This document shows, in pieces, positions 51,281 through 64,000 of a stretch of DNA of 64,000 nt (position 1 is the first letter of the stretch; each line of letters starts with the position of its first letter). Position numbers and translations under genes: made by a program. Under the pieces are notes generated by a model. That model saw nothing but the letters and a program-made list of their open reading frames with translations. It ran no database searches and had not been told where the DNA came from. The stretch is from Octopus vulgaris (taxonomy: Eukaryota): NCBI GenBank assembly GCA_951406725.2, contig OX597823.1:48732001-48796000 (forward strand), written 5' to 3'.

Positions 51281-54200
51281 TAATCTATAAACTTGCATAA
51301 AATATATAGTGTATGTATGAATGGGATGAATAAATGATTTTCAAAAAGTTTGTTAGATTTTATAAAAACAACAAATGTATTAGGAATTGCATGCCTAAAA
51401 AGAAAAAGAAAAATGGCAAAAACATAATAATTGTATGTCTGGCTGTTCATTGAATAAACTGATCTCATAATGTTAGCCTACACCTTCCTTGTAGGCTAAC
51501 AATTTGAAGTTCTTTTCTGGTCAACACTTAAGATTACCACATACTCTTGTGTTGCATCCAAAAATCTTTTTAAAGACACTTCTTATAAAATTTATTAATA
51601 GAAAACAAAAAAGAGATACACTTAAATCATGATTTCCAATGTAAAATTATATTCAAACAATTTTTCTTGAATAGTAATGAAGAACGATTACCAAATGACT
51701 TGAATAACTCTTCAGAAATTACTTAAAAATATAAAAACTATCTTCTTTTATAATTTTTTTTTTTTTTTTTGCTTTTTTGAAATTTAAATTAATTTTTATA
51801 TTTCTATTCAAGTAGTTTTGTTCAGAAAGCAATGTATAACATCAGAAACAATCACGACCCACCAAAGCAACAACGACTGGTGTTCTGTTTGATTCTGCAC
51901 TAACTTAAATTTTGCAGTATAAAATTTAAAGTGTAATGCATAAGTATCAATTGAAAATAACTTTTCAGGAAATGACCTGCATTTTAAATTCGCTCAGGAT
52001 TCTCTATAAATTTCTTAAATCCTATATAGTATAAGAAATTTTGGTTACTTAATATATGCTAAAAATTAACAACTAAATATTGAGTTGAGATATATTTATT
52101 CTCAGTCAAGTAAAGATACTTGTGGCAGAAAGTAAATATATTTAAATTATTAATTTTCTTCCATGAAGTTTTGATTTATATTATTGTAGAATAAGATTCA
52201 AATATTCTTCGGAAAAGGACAATATTTTAAAATAAAACATTAATTTCAATTACCCAATAAAAAAAATATTTCATAATTTTAAATTTTAATCTTATTGTAC
52301 AAATTCTTTTCGCTTCCAAGTGGTCACTCAGAAATGTATTTTATCAATAAAAAGATATATTAAATATACTTAAGACTGATAACAGAGTATATTTTGTGTG
52401 TATATACTATATAAGAGAAGATTAACGTTGCTTATTTGTCCAGAACCATTGTGAAGTCAGCAATATAATGAAGGAAGCAAAAAGTTGGCAAGAAATGAAT
52501 GGATATTGAGTAACTTTAAATAATTTTAGAGGAATTTATTAATACTTTGGTTAAATTACAAAAAGGAATTGACATCTCATTAATTTTAGAAGTACTATTC
52601 TATGTAGAATTCTCAGGAACACTTCTGAAACCCATATAGAATGTATCTGTATCTTTGATTATAATATTGTAAATAATAATTAAAAAATAATGATAGTAGG
52701 CAAATCTTCCTCAGACCGTATCCTAGTATTCAAAATGACACATTGGATAATGTCACCTGGGTACACTATTGATGAAAGATAAACAAGATGATCATGGTTT
52801 GGATGTCTTTAAAATAAAAGGTGTTTGATTAGAGTTGACTTGCATCTAAACATCAGCAATTGCCATCAATATTTGGAATCCTTGATTGAAATGTTTTGTG
52901 CAACAGACTTCAAAATCAACATTAGATACACTTCCATCTAAAACCTCTACATCAAGAGTAATATTGATCAAGTCTTACTTCAAAGAAAAACAAGGTGGAA
53001 GAGACATGATATAAATTTAGGTAGCATTTACATACCCTGTTGTATGTTTTCAACTTTGAATATTACTACTCAATAAAATGAAATTATTGTAATAATCTGT
53101 ATATCTTTGGATAATAATATTCATGGAGGAGGGGAAGCAAGGTGGAGGAGTGACAGCAATCACAGAATAATGGAGAAAATGCCCTGCAGTATTTAGTTTT
53201 GCATATATCTTTTATGTCCTGAGGTTAAACCCAGCTGAGATTAATTCCGTTTTTAATCATTCTCTGCTTGATGAAATAAAAGTGCTTGTCATACACCAGG
53301 GTGAATTCAGCCAACTGCACATTCTCGCAAAATGAGCAGCTTTGTGCTAGATCTAGAAATTAATATTCTTAGGGATGACAACAGTGGTATGCACAGAGCT
53401 GCTAGTTAATTTTACCTTGAACAAAACTGTCACACAGTTTATTGTAGTGACAGATAATTATGCAAGAGTAAGACTAAAAGTGCTCCTAACATCAACATAA
53501 GTATTCTATCCTATGTAAATGCCATAGAAATTCAGGAACAATGCATATCTATCAAAGTGATATTATTCAACTCAGTATATTCAACTACCTTATCTAATGT
53601 TAGCCACATGGAATTAATTTTGAAAATGCAACTTCACTGTTGAATAAAAATTTTGAAGAAATAAGCGTCTTCATCATTTTCATTAATTTAACATCCACTT
53701 TTCCATGCTCATGTGGGTTATATGGAATTTATTGAAGATTTTCTACAGTTTGATGCCATTCCTGTCACTACCCTCACCTGTTTCCAATTAAGTTAAGATA
53801 TCTCCTTCGTTGATCCTGTTTTCAAGGATATAAGGAAATGAATGACACCACTTGTATGAAGGTGACACTCATTTACAACAAGTACTCAATGTCAAAACAA
53901 GGTGTCACCAACTCACAAGCACATATGCATGGGAAAAAAGGACATCAAATGATGATGATGATGATAATGATGATACATATATATTCAATTGACTTCTTTT
54001 GGTTTCTATTTACCAAATCCATTCACAAGGCTTTGACTAACCTTGGACTTAGAAGACACTTGATCCAGGTGCCATGCAATGGGAATTGAATCAAGACTGA
54101 TGTAATAAAGTAATTAATAAACATTATGAAACAGATGTTAAGCTGTCTACTGCTACATAGAAAGGTAATGTATGGATTAATATTCTATGCTGTAACTTTT

Positions 54201-54847
54201 ACAGAATTCATCTGATTTTGATGAAATTTGACATTTTGGTAAACTTTATGGTCAGAGTCATGTAGAAGAATTAAAATTAAACTGGTGAAAGGCAGAAATC
54301 GTCAAAATTCACTCACAATAAAATAATGAACTGATTTTGAAGAAAATTGACCCATGAGTAAAATTAAGCACTTCGACATATGAAACATCAATTATTGATA
54401 CACTTCTATATTTAAGAGACGAGGAATTATGTACATTATTTACATTATTTACATTCGACGGATATTTGTCCTCATCTTGTTTGTTGTTAACACAACATTA
54501 TCGATTATTCATATAATGTATTGAGATTTAAAAGTTAATGGGATATTTTCATGGATTCTATATTATGACATAATCTTAACACTTTTCTTTGGATTACGCT
54601 GAGATTGGACCCGCTGATTAATTTTGTAGAAATAAACAAACATCACTTTCAACGGGTTTGACTGTGATTTCAGATGGTCCAGTATGTTGGAGTATGTCGA
54701 AAGCATTAGCAAAGTAAAAATCCCTGCCAAACCAGATATGACATCTTAATGGGTAGTAGTTGGCATGAGGAACATAGAAGATTTCAAGGTCAGAGGTGGG
54801 CTTTACACCAACACAGAAGACATGAGCAACTCCAGGTTCAACAGCTA

Positions 54848-54895
<48 letters not shown>

Positions 54896-54952
54896 TATAT
54901 TATATATATATATTTACATACATACATATGTATATATGTATGTATATATATA

Positions 54953-55221
54953 GGTCGACTCTCAGTTACTCAATGGATCAGTGTCCTCCAGTCAGTTCTA
55001 TCCTGGGCCGCTTCTTTCAAATTGGCTATGTCCATTCCGGTATCATTCTTGATGGTGTCAAGCCAGTGGATTCTTGGTCGGCCTCTTCCTCTCTTGCCAC
55101 TGACCATTCCAAGCATGATGTCCTTTTCCAGGGGTTTTCTCTGCATAATTTGACCAAAATATGCCAATCTATGCTTGGTGATCCTAGCTTCTAGTGACAT
55201 TTTCGGCCTGATCTGCTTAAG
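54953..55221 (-). pseudogene. RTE/BovB-like LINE 3' fragment in (TA)n
   Basis: SLEARITKHRLAYFGQIMQR..LEKDIMLGMVSGKRGRGRPRIHWLD..AAQDR..WR. Confidence 0.9.
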
Positions 55222-55232
55222 ATATATGTTTA

Positions 55233-55270
<38 letters not shown>

Positions 55271-57779
55271 AAACAATGTTAAAATGGAACAAAATTGCAA
55301 TAGAGGACATTAAAACATTCGCACAGATAGACGATGCAAAGGCAGGCAAGAGAAACAACAATGTGGAAATGTCATTATGCTGTCTACCAGTAATTGGAAG
55401 AGAGAAAACCTCAGGAAAATGGCAGAAAACCTGATGAGATAGTTTTAAAAAATTATCTTTGTGGAAGGAACTTCACATGAGAAATTCGAACAATCTTTGC
55501 TAATAAAACCCAATGTAGGACTGATTAATCGATTCAGGCTTTCCACATGCTATCAAATTTACTGTTTGCTGATCTTAATATACAATATCATAGCACTATC
55601 ATTCTTACTGGGCTGTGAATGACTAATTTGTTATTTGTGACTGATGATGTGTAACAATGCAGAAATGCATGCATTCTACAATCTTATGACATCATTCATA
55701 GCTCAATGTGTTTTCACATGTTGTCTAAGAGAGAAAATCTACATGAGCATTGAGAAATATCAATGTATACACACACACACACACACATCTCTTTCCAAAA
55801 GTTTGGCTTCAGTGATGAAATGAGATGATAAATAAATGTTGATACGTGTTGAGAAGTTTTCCCTCTATAAGTAATGCTTTAAAAAAGGACCAATTAGATT
55901 ATTTAGTCCACATTATAATAGAGAAGACATAGTGAAGGTTGTGAAAAACAGAAAAGATATGTGCAATAAGTGGGAATGTTATTTATTACCAGAAAATAAC
56001 AAAGAAAATAAATATTAAAGTAGAGGCAATGTTCGTGAGGATGAAATAGATGCTGACTATAGCTTCTTATGGTGAAACTATAATGTTAAAGCTAAAACCA
56101 TATATTAAAAATGATTATTAAATTCAATAGAAATATTTGAATGAGTGTTGTAGACACTGTTACTGAAATAATTTTAAACTTATTCCTCGTATTCATAACA
56201 TGGATTGATAACATTTTATATAAGTAATCAAATGCCTATGTATCAACATCTGAATGGTCAGTTGGTGTCTCTATTTATGTACTTTTGTTTAAATGTACAT
56301 TTATCATAATGCAGGAATGGCTCAATATGAAATTAAAAATAAAGTATGACATTACTCGGAAATAAGTAATACCACAGGTTCATTGAACTTGTTACTGCAA
56401 GTTCGGTGAACTTTTCTGCTTTTTTTATTATCTGCATTATGTCTTTCTGATATTTGTGCAAATCATCTTTATTGCCAATTCTTGTTTAAGCCATATGACT
56501 ATAAAGAGCACAAGAATATCTAGAAGAAAAATATCAGACCACTGGCTCATAGGCCAAATTTGTTTTGTTATTGTCTTTAGTGAACATAACAATAAATCTA
56601 CAAAAGTCTTGAAAATAAGCAGTCAAATTTTCTCAAAATCCCATTCTGCAGCATCACCACTGCTGTCATCAGTATTAATATCATCATCATCGTCATCATC
56701 TTGGTCCTCCTCCTCCTCCTCCTCATTATGTTTTATTTTTCTGTGCTTGCATATGTTGGACAGGTCTTCTCCTGCAGAACATCTTGCAACATGTCGTGGT
56801 CCATCATCATTTTCTTTATAAGCTTCAGCCTCTGAAAATCCTCTTTTACCACACTTCTCATGTCATCTTCCATGATTTTCTTCTGGCTCTTAGAACACTT
56901 GCCTTGATTTTACCCAACTTCCATCTTTCATATACATCACCTGTTCTGTACTAGCTCAGTCATCTGTCTAGTACTATTTTCAAAAGAGTAGGGCACATTG
57001 GATAGAAATTACATCTAAAGATAAAAAGACAGGATGGCAATAGTTGCAATGTTATTGATAACACTGTGTAACACGATTTTTGTCTTTGGATAGCAACTGT
57101 TATTTCTTACTTGTGTACCTCTAGAAACTATGCAAAATGGTTAATATTTCCTTCAAACTTTGCTTTTGGTGGTGGTGGTGGTGGTGGTCATAGTGGTGAT
57201 GATGGTGATGATGATGATGATGATGATGATCTGAAGAATTCAAGTCCAGTCCCATTGCATGGCACCTTGGGCAAAGTGTCTTCTACTATAGCCTCGGGCC
57301 GACCAAAGCCTTGTGAGTGGATTTGGTAGATGGAAACTGAAAGAAGCCTGTCGTATATATATATGAATATGGATATGTTTGTGTGTCTGTGTTTGCCCCC
57401 CCCCCCCATCACTTGACAACTGATGTTGGTGTTTACTTCCCCGTAACTTAACAGTTCAGCAAAAGAGACTGATAGAATAAGTGCTAGGCTTACAAGGAAT
57501 AAGTCCTGGGGTCGATTTGTTCAACTAAAGGCGGTGCTCCAGCATGGCTGGAAGTCAAATGACTGAAACAAATAAAAGAATAAAAGGTAAAGCCAATTCT
57601 GGCTTGATTTTAACTCAGAACTTAAGGGGATGTGACTAATATCCTGCAGGACAGTCATTGTGACATTCATACCATCCACTATTCTTTCTAACATTAATAA
57701 CACTTTTTAATTTAATTAACCCTTCAAGTAATGAAAGTGAAGATGTGACTACCTTGAAGGATTTATCCCTGTAACTTAG

Positions 57780-57812
<33 letters not shown>

Positions 57813-58278
57813 TCATACACACACACACACACATACACACACACATGCACACACACACGCTCATACATACATACACACATATACACATGCACACAGTCAT
57901 ACACACACATATATATGTATATATATGTGTTTATATATGCATATATATTATATATATATATACACACATACACAGACACATATGCACACACATACACACA
58001 CATATACACATACTCACACACAGAGACATATTTATCTACATATATAAATAGGGTTTTACTTTGAATGATTGAAATTCTTGTGGCAAAAGCATTCTCACAA
58101 GTGACATATCTTATAAATTTTATTTCAATAAGATGTGACTTCTAACTGTGCAACATTACATAAATGTGAAGTATCCACTTTCTGAAAAAGAATTTCAGAG
58201 AGTTTTTGTTATCTTCAGTGTGTTGAGGAAATCAATGGAAGTAGTTTAAAGTTTGTTTGAGATCTAAAACAATGTCTA

Positions 58279-58600
58279 CAGCTGAGGTTCTCAACCATTC
58301 TTTTTTTACCTATGTAGACCCTTTGATTACTATTTTATTCTGGTGGAAACCCCCACCCTCATAGTCATTCGATGTTTAAAAACTAGTTTTATACAAACGT
58401 CCTTCAAAATTCCTATTTTGTTTTTCATGCATTTATTTATGTTGGTTGGAAAATGTTTCTTGCAATACATATATCTGAAGTAAACGTTTTTCAGGGGCCC
58501 TTAGAATATTATTGTGGATCCTCAATTTACTATTTTGCTACATGAACCCCCAAATATCTTACATGGTCCTTCAGAAACCATATGGACCACTGGCTTACAG
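58279..58600. mobile_element. hAT-like MITE (related to 23350-23468)
   Basis: cagctgaggttctcaacc start; shared ggcccttagaatattattgtgga.c..aatttac.attttgct block. Confidence 0.6.
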
Positions 58601-58698
58601 AGTTGGAAATTAATTTATCTCCATGTAATTAACATAATTAGTGTTCTCATCATCTTAGAGCCCTTTGCAATTGTGGTAGATACATTGTTTATCTTCTA

Positions 58699-59264
58699 TT
58701 GGGTTGTCCGGAAAGTTCATGCTGGTTTTTAGAGGAAAGAAAAAGGTCAATAAATACTTGCCATTACATTTTTAATCACCCAAATATAAACCATTTTGTT
58801 GTACAATGTGTCTCCATATTTCCTTTAACTTGAAAATATCCTCTTCCCAGAATTGAGGTGGTTTCATGGCAAAGAATTCATAAAGGTATCTTTTTATGTT
58901 ATCCATGGAATTGAAATTTTTACCATTAAGACTATTCTGCAGAGACCTGAATAAGTGGAAATCTGAAGGAACAATATCTGGTGAATATGGAGGCTGGGGT
59001 AACACATCCCAGCCCAACTGCAGCAATTTTTGTCTGGTTCCTAAAGCATCAAGTGCGGAAAATGAACTTTCTTGTCTTCCATTTTAAATGGTTACAGAAT
59101 TAACACAGATTATAGGAACATAAATCTTCTTCCACAAGAAGATAGCTTAAACTGTGTTCTAAATGGAGGTGTAGTCAAATCCTATTTTATGAACTCAACC
59201 ATGTTCTAAAATAAGTCGAAAGGTAATCTTCTATAAATCAGCACAAACTTTCCGGACAACCCAA
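58699..59264 (-). mobile_element. Internally deleted mariner with intact TIRs and TA TSD
   Basis: TA|TTGGGTTGTCCGGAAAGTT ... AACTTTCCGGACAACCCAA|TA; MEDKKVHF.. N-terminus joined to LGWDVLPQPPYSPDIVPSDFHLFRSL. Confidence 0.95.
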
Positions 59265-59639
59265 TATCTTTTATAATTTTCAGCCGTTAGACTGTGTTCA
59301 TGCTGGGACACCACTTTGAAGAATTTTTAGTTACATGAATTGATCACCTGTACTTATTTTCACTTTTAAGCTTGTCACTTATCCTATGTGGGTATTTTTT
59401 GCCAAACTGCCAATTCGTGGAGGGCACAAACACAGCAAGGGCAGTTGTCAAGTAGTGGTGGGGGACAAACACATACACACACCCACAAACACACAATAAT
59501 CTTCTTTCAGTTTCCGTCTACCAAATCCACTCAGCACAAGGTGCCATCTAGTTGGGAAGCAAGCTTCTTATCACAGCCACAAGAAAATAAATTTTGATTT
59601 TTGTTTTATGTAAGCTGATAATGTTTATTTACAAATTTC

Positions 59640-59895
59640 AGCCATAGATATTTCTCCATTTTGATCAACCCCTTTCTCCAAGTTCCAAAAGAACTTGTTG
59701 CAAAATCAGTGGAGTGTTGGTCTTTCTTAAGGCAAGTCCATATGATTGTTCCCAGTTTATATTTCTTAATATATGTCTCCATAGATATAATGATTTCAAA
59801 CAGCTTCTGATTCTGTTCCATTTTGGAATAATTGAAAATATCTGTCCAAAGTCTCCTACTAAGATGACTTTATCAAAAGGAGAACATGTTTCCCA
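59640..59895 (-). pseudogene. Pif1-like (Helitron RepHel) helicase relic
   Basis: PFDKVILVGDFGQIFSIIPK..SCLKSLYLWRH matches PFGGKV.LLGGDFRQILPV.P..C.KSS.LW. Confidence 0.75.
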
Positions 59896-60446
59896 GTTAT
59901 ATATCTCTCTCTCTCCCTCTCTCACTTTCCCGTCACCTACCTATCTATTGCCTGTGATTGCCTGACTGTCTGTTTATATCCCCCTTTTGTCACCAAAATT
60001 TAAACCAGTTCATACAATCTCTCATTCACACACAGACAATCACAAATATATAATAATAGATGGTCAGTTTCTGACAACTCCAATTATTGTTTTCTTTTTC
60101 TTTCTTCTTTCTTTTGTAAGATAAAATAAGTTATAACCATGCTAACTTAATCTCCATGGCGCCCAGTCTTTGACCATAAGGAAAAGTGGACAGAAAACAG
60201 TTATAAGGCTTATTTCTAAGGACTTTTCTTCAGTTCTTTTTCTTTCTTGGTTCTAGATTCCAATGGTCTATACATAGTAATCCCTTTTTAAGTCAGCATT
60301 ATAAAAACGTTTTAGATTGGTAACAACATACAGGCATGCATGCATGCATACATATATACATGCAAACACGCATACATACATACATACATATATACATACA
60401 TACATACATACATACATACATACATACATCCGTACATACATACGTA

Positions 60447-60765
60447 CATTATGGCTGCCCCCTTGTTATCGAGTATGGCCATTGCACGAAGCTTAACTGT
60501 TACTGGTGCTGTGATTGAATGTGACTTTTTAGCCCAGCTAAAGATCTACAATGTCTTGTACAGAATTGGCAACTAAAACTTTTACCAGTAATAGCCGGCT
60601 GTAGTTGTAACTGGGCTTCATGTACCTTTGCATGTCGTTTAAGTCCTCCTGCCGAATTACACTCTCTTACACATGCCAGAAAGATATGATTAGTATGGTG
60701 TGTTACACCACCACCAGTGGCCAGGTTGTCACTCATCTGTCTCACTTTATGACTACGAAGATGAT
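60447..60765 (-). pseudogene. LINE 3' end with C2H2-like fingers, inside (TACA)n
   Basis: C..ECNSAGGLKRHAKVH and FSCQFCTRHCRSLAGLKSHIQSQH, similar to the terminal C..C.R.C.S..GL.SH finger of RTE-type LINEs. Confidence 0.65.
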
Positions 60766-60790
60766 ACATACATACATACATACATACATA

Positions 60791-60950
60791 TATTGGTGTT
60801 CTGGGATATGTAACATACTGCCTAAATACCAATCTTGAGAAAATTGGCTTCTCAAAACCAGAAAGGAGTAAGCTAATTCGAAGGCTACAGATCCAATCCA
60901 TCACTGGAACTGTAAAAATCTGTAAAACTTTTGAGAAGTTTATCATTCAA
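60791..60950 (+). pseudogene. C-terminal fragment of a restriction-like-endonuclease LINE (R4/Dong-like)
   Basis: IGVLGYV..CL..NLEKIGF...LIRRLQIQSITGTVKICKTF. Confidence 0.6.
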
Positions 60951-61194
60951 ATGTATATGAGCATGACTAGATATGTAACTCTATGCATGAGAATACATAC
61001 ACACATACATACATACATACATACATACATACATACATACATACATACATACATACATACATACTCACATACTCCATTGATGTTGTTGAAATTCCAATGA
61101 AGGAGCCTTGGATCTATCTGAGAAACCGGCTCTTTCTTTATTGGCATGAAATCTTGAAATAAAACTGAATAATGACATAAATAAATAAATAAAA

Positions 61195-61527
61195 AGATCC
61201 CCTTCACTCATGAAATACCATGAGTTTGCACCTAGAAAGTTCCCCTCCAAAGCACAAGTCTGGACAAGGTTGTTTATGGAAGCCCAGCAGTCACCCATGC
61301 ATACCAGCCTCTCCTCTCCAACCCACCGATGTTATCCAAGGGAAAAGCAAAGGTTGATACAACTTGGCTGTCAGTGGCATTGCAACTTATTTTCTACAGC
61401 TGAGTGAACTGGAACAATGTGAAATAAAGTGTCTTTCTCAAGTACACAACACACAGCCCGGTCCAGGAATCAGACTCACTACTATCATGATGGCAAGTGT
61501 GGGGCTCTAACCATTAAGTCATGTGTC
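61195..61527 (-). mobile_element. SINE family C
   Basis: Reverse complement of the 37690-37995 element. Confidence 0.85.
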
Positions 61528-61710
61528 TTCATATTAATATATATAAATCCCAGTCTTGATCACAACTGTCTGACAATGGAAACATGAAACTCTGAGTAGC
61601 AGTCTTTTTGTAATGTTTTTGCAGCTTTAATGAAAAAGTATACATATATATATATATAATATATATATATATGCTTTTATGTTTTTGTTTCTCATTGTGT
61701 TCAACGGTTT

Positions 61711-62009
61711 TTTGATGTCCTGTACCCATATATGCATGTATATATATACATATATATGTAGGTATGTACATATATGTATGCATATATTTATATATTATTT
61801 ATATATATACATATATCTACATCTATCTATATATGTATGTGTGTGTGTGTGTATGTGTGTTTATGTGTGTGTATGTGTGTGTACACACACACACATATAT
61901 TGATAGATGTAGATATATGTATATATATATAAATAAATGCATACATACATGTACATACCTACATATATATGTATATATATACATGCATATATGGGTACAG
62001 GACATCAAA
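61711..62009. repeat. Inverted duplication with ~130-140 bp arms
   Basis: tttgatgtcctgtacccatatatgcatg...ctacatctatc versus gatagatgtag...catgcatatatgggtacaggacatcaaa. Confidence 0.9.
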
Positions 62010-62615
62010 TATACATGTGTATATGTGTGTGTACACACACACGCACACACACACACACGCACACACACACACACACATATATATATAATTATATTGCTTT
62101 AGCTGTCAAAAGGGAAAAGAAAGGCACGGTCAAGATAGAATTGGATGAGTATTCTGACCAACAGTATATAAGATCATTGGATGGTCTGGTTGATACTGTG
62201 ATGTATACACACACGCACTCACACACACACACACACATACAAATATATGTGTAGATTGTATGCTGTAATGAAGGGAGTAAAAAAAATTTTTTAATATTAG
62301 ATGCCTTTGTGTATGGTTCTGTTAAAAAGTTTTACCACCTCCTTGATTCACTCAAAAATACCCTAATCTCTTAAACTTTCTCATAGAAATTGATTCATCG
62401 TAAAAGTTGGTTATAAAACCAATCTGTCACATACTCCACTGTCCACCTCCATACCCTCCCCCTTCCCTCCACTCTCTCTCTCTGCTTTTGTTTCTCTCTT
62501 TTTATCATAAACAAAAGATAAAGAACAGCTCATGTTATCTGCATTCTATTGTTCATTTTCTCTAAGGTATGACAAGAGGACAATTCAGAGATATAATATT
62601 TATCTTTTAAATTAT

Positions 62616-62658
<43 letters not shown>

Positions 62659-63257
62659 CCTTTCCAAGTGGCTATTGTAAATCCTGCTACTATCAAGGTT
62701 ATTATGTCACATTTTTGTTGATGCACCTGCTTGTCACTGGTAGTGGTGATGAATTTTATATCTGGTCCTTAAACATTGCTGATGGTCTTCTTGTGCTACT
62801 CATTGTTCACATACACTCAATCTGCAATCAATTATATCTTTCCTTTCCTTATTTTTATCAAGTTCATTTCAAAATTCATTTCTGCTAAATTTATCTTTTG
62901 TCTGCTTTCAATAAACAAAAGTATCTCTGTGTACTTGAAACCTACAAACAAACATGATAGATAAAAGGTTTCAAAATTGCAATTTAATAATTATTTATTC
63001 ACAGAAGAATGATAATCCAGCATTAAATATCAGTTCTCTATTCATTCATTTGCATTATGATATCAAATCCCACCGGTGTTAATTTATATTCTATCCTTCT
63101 GAGGGCAACTAAATAGATACCAGGCTATATAAAGAATAAAGAATGTATGTATGTATCCATCTGTCCATCCATCCGTCCGTCCGTCCGTCCGTCCATCCAT
63201 CCATCCATCCATCTCTCTCTCTCTCTCTCTCCATATATATATATATATATATATATA

Positions 63258-63462
63258 TCATCATCATCATTTAGCGTCCGCTTTCCATGCTAGCATGGGT
63301 TGGACGGTTCAACAGGGGTCTGTGAAGCCAGAAGGCTGCATCAGGCCCAGTCTAATCTAGCAGTGTTTCTACGGCTGGATGCCCTTCCTAACGTCAACCA
63401 CTCCGTAAGTGTAGTGGGTGCTTTTTACGTGCCACCTGCACAGGAGCCAGACGGAGCTGGCA
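63258..63462 (-). mobile_element. Family E retroposon, single unit
   Basis: (CAT)n tail, ggatgcccttcctaacg, ggtgctttttacgtgccacctgcac. Confidence 0.88.
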
Positions 63463-64000
63463 AAGAAAATTATTTCAATGCCAATATGCTGATTACAGAC
63501 TATTCAATCATCAATTTCCACATATTATTTACTCACTACAGAAAAAACATGAAGAACTGAAATCGGGGAAGCTGGCCGATAGAATCTTTTTAAAAAGTTC
63601 GTTATTTCTATATTGAATCAATTTCGGAATTAATCTCATAAAAGATTCTTTCCTATTCAGTAGAACATATGAAAGGATATAAATAAGATACTTACATACA
63701 CCATATAAATATATATATACACTGTATAAGAGGAAAAATCAGAACAAAGGCAGAATGAGTATCTCAAGTCACTTAGTATAATTCAATTAGGGTAAGTTGA
63801 ATTTGAAGTCTTACAGCCATTTCTGGGATGACCCAAGTGATTGGCTAGCATGTCCATGCACTGGGTATTCCATCATCAGAGACAAAGTATGAATATTTTA
63901 GACAGGGAAAATTTACAGTTTACAAGGAGTAAAATTCACAATTTATTGGGAATAAAATAGAAGAATAATGAGTAAAAGTAGTTTTTTTCCAGAGGATATG

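Noticed and set aside
52930-53030. Possible host exon (..KQGGRDMI)
   Set aside because: Resembles the Dong/R4 RLY..R..GGRG motif; too short and decayed to annotate, and not a host exon.
60500-60946. 148-aa ORF as a host C2H2 zinc-finger gene
   Set aside because: It is a chimera of an antisense LINE fragment, a microsatellite and a LINE terminal finger; no TGEKPY linkers.

Overview
AT-rich eukaryotic genomic DNA, most likely a coleoid cephalopod (Octopus). This is inferred from the tRNA-derived SINE families and the dense (TA)n/(CA)n/(GATA)n/(TACA)n microsatellites, recognised from memory and not by database search. No intact protein-coding gene, RNA gene or CRISPR array can be supported, and almost all listed ORFs are microsatellite or SINE artefacts. 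The window is a nested set of transposon remains: dozens of SINE copies from about four families; a fossil Gypsy pol (RT-RNaseH-integrase) cut by later insertions; relics of MULE, Tigger/pogo, mariner (x2), hAT and Helitron-helicase coding sequence; Dong/R4 and RTE LINE fragments; hAT-, piggyBac- and pogo-type MITEs; a non-autonomous Helitron; and a ~1.5 kb solo-LTR-like unit. The most unusual signals are structured-RNA modules inside mobile elements. (i) An LTR-like promoter whose predicted transcript starts with four tandem bulged hairpins. (ii) An RTE-LINE 3' region carrying 1-5 tandem ~62-66 bp units, each able to fold as a compact H-type pseudoknot, plus a covarying 14-nt-loop hairpin. 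(iii) Head-to-tail SINE arrays in which the same target word is repeated between every copy. Weak splice-site evidence suggests non-coding or UTR exons on both strands, including a possible spliced 37-aa sORF. Coordinates of degraded elements are approximate.
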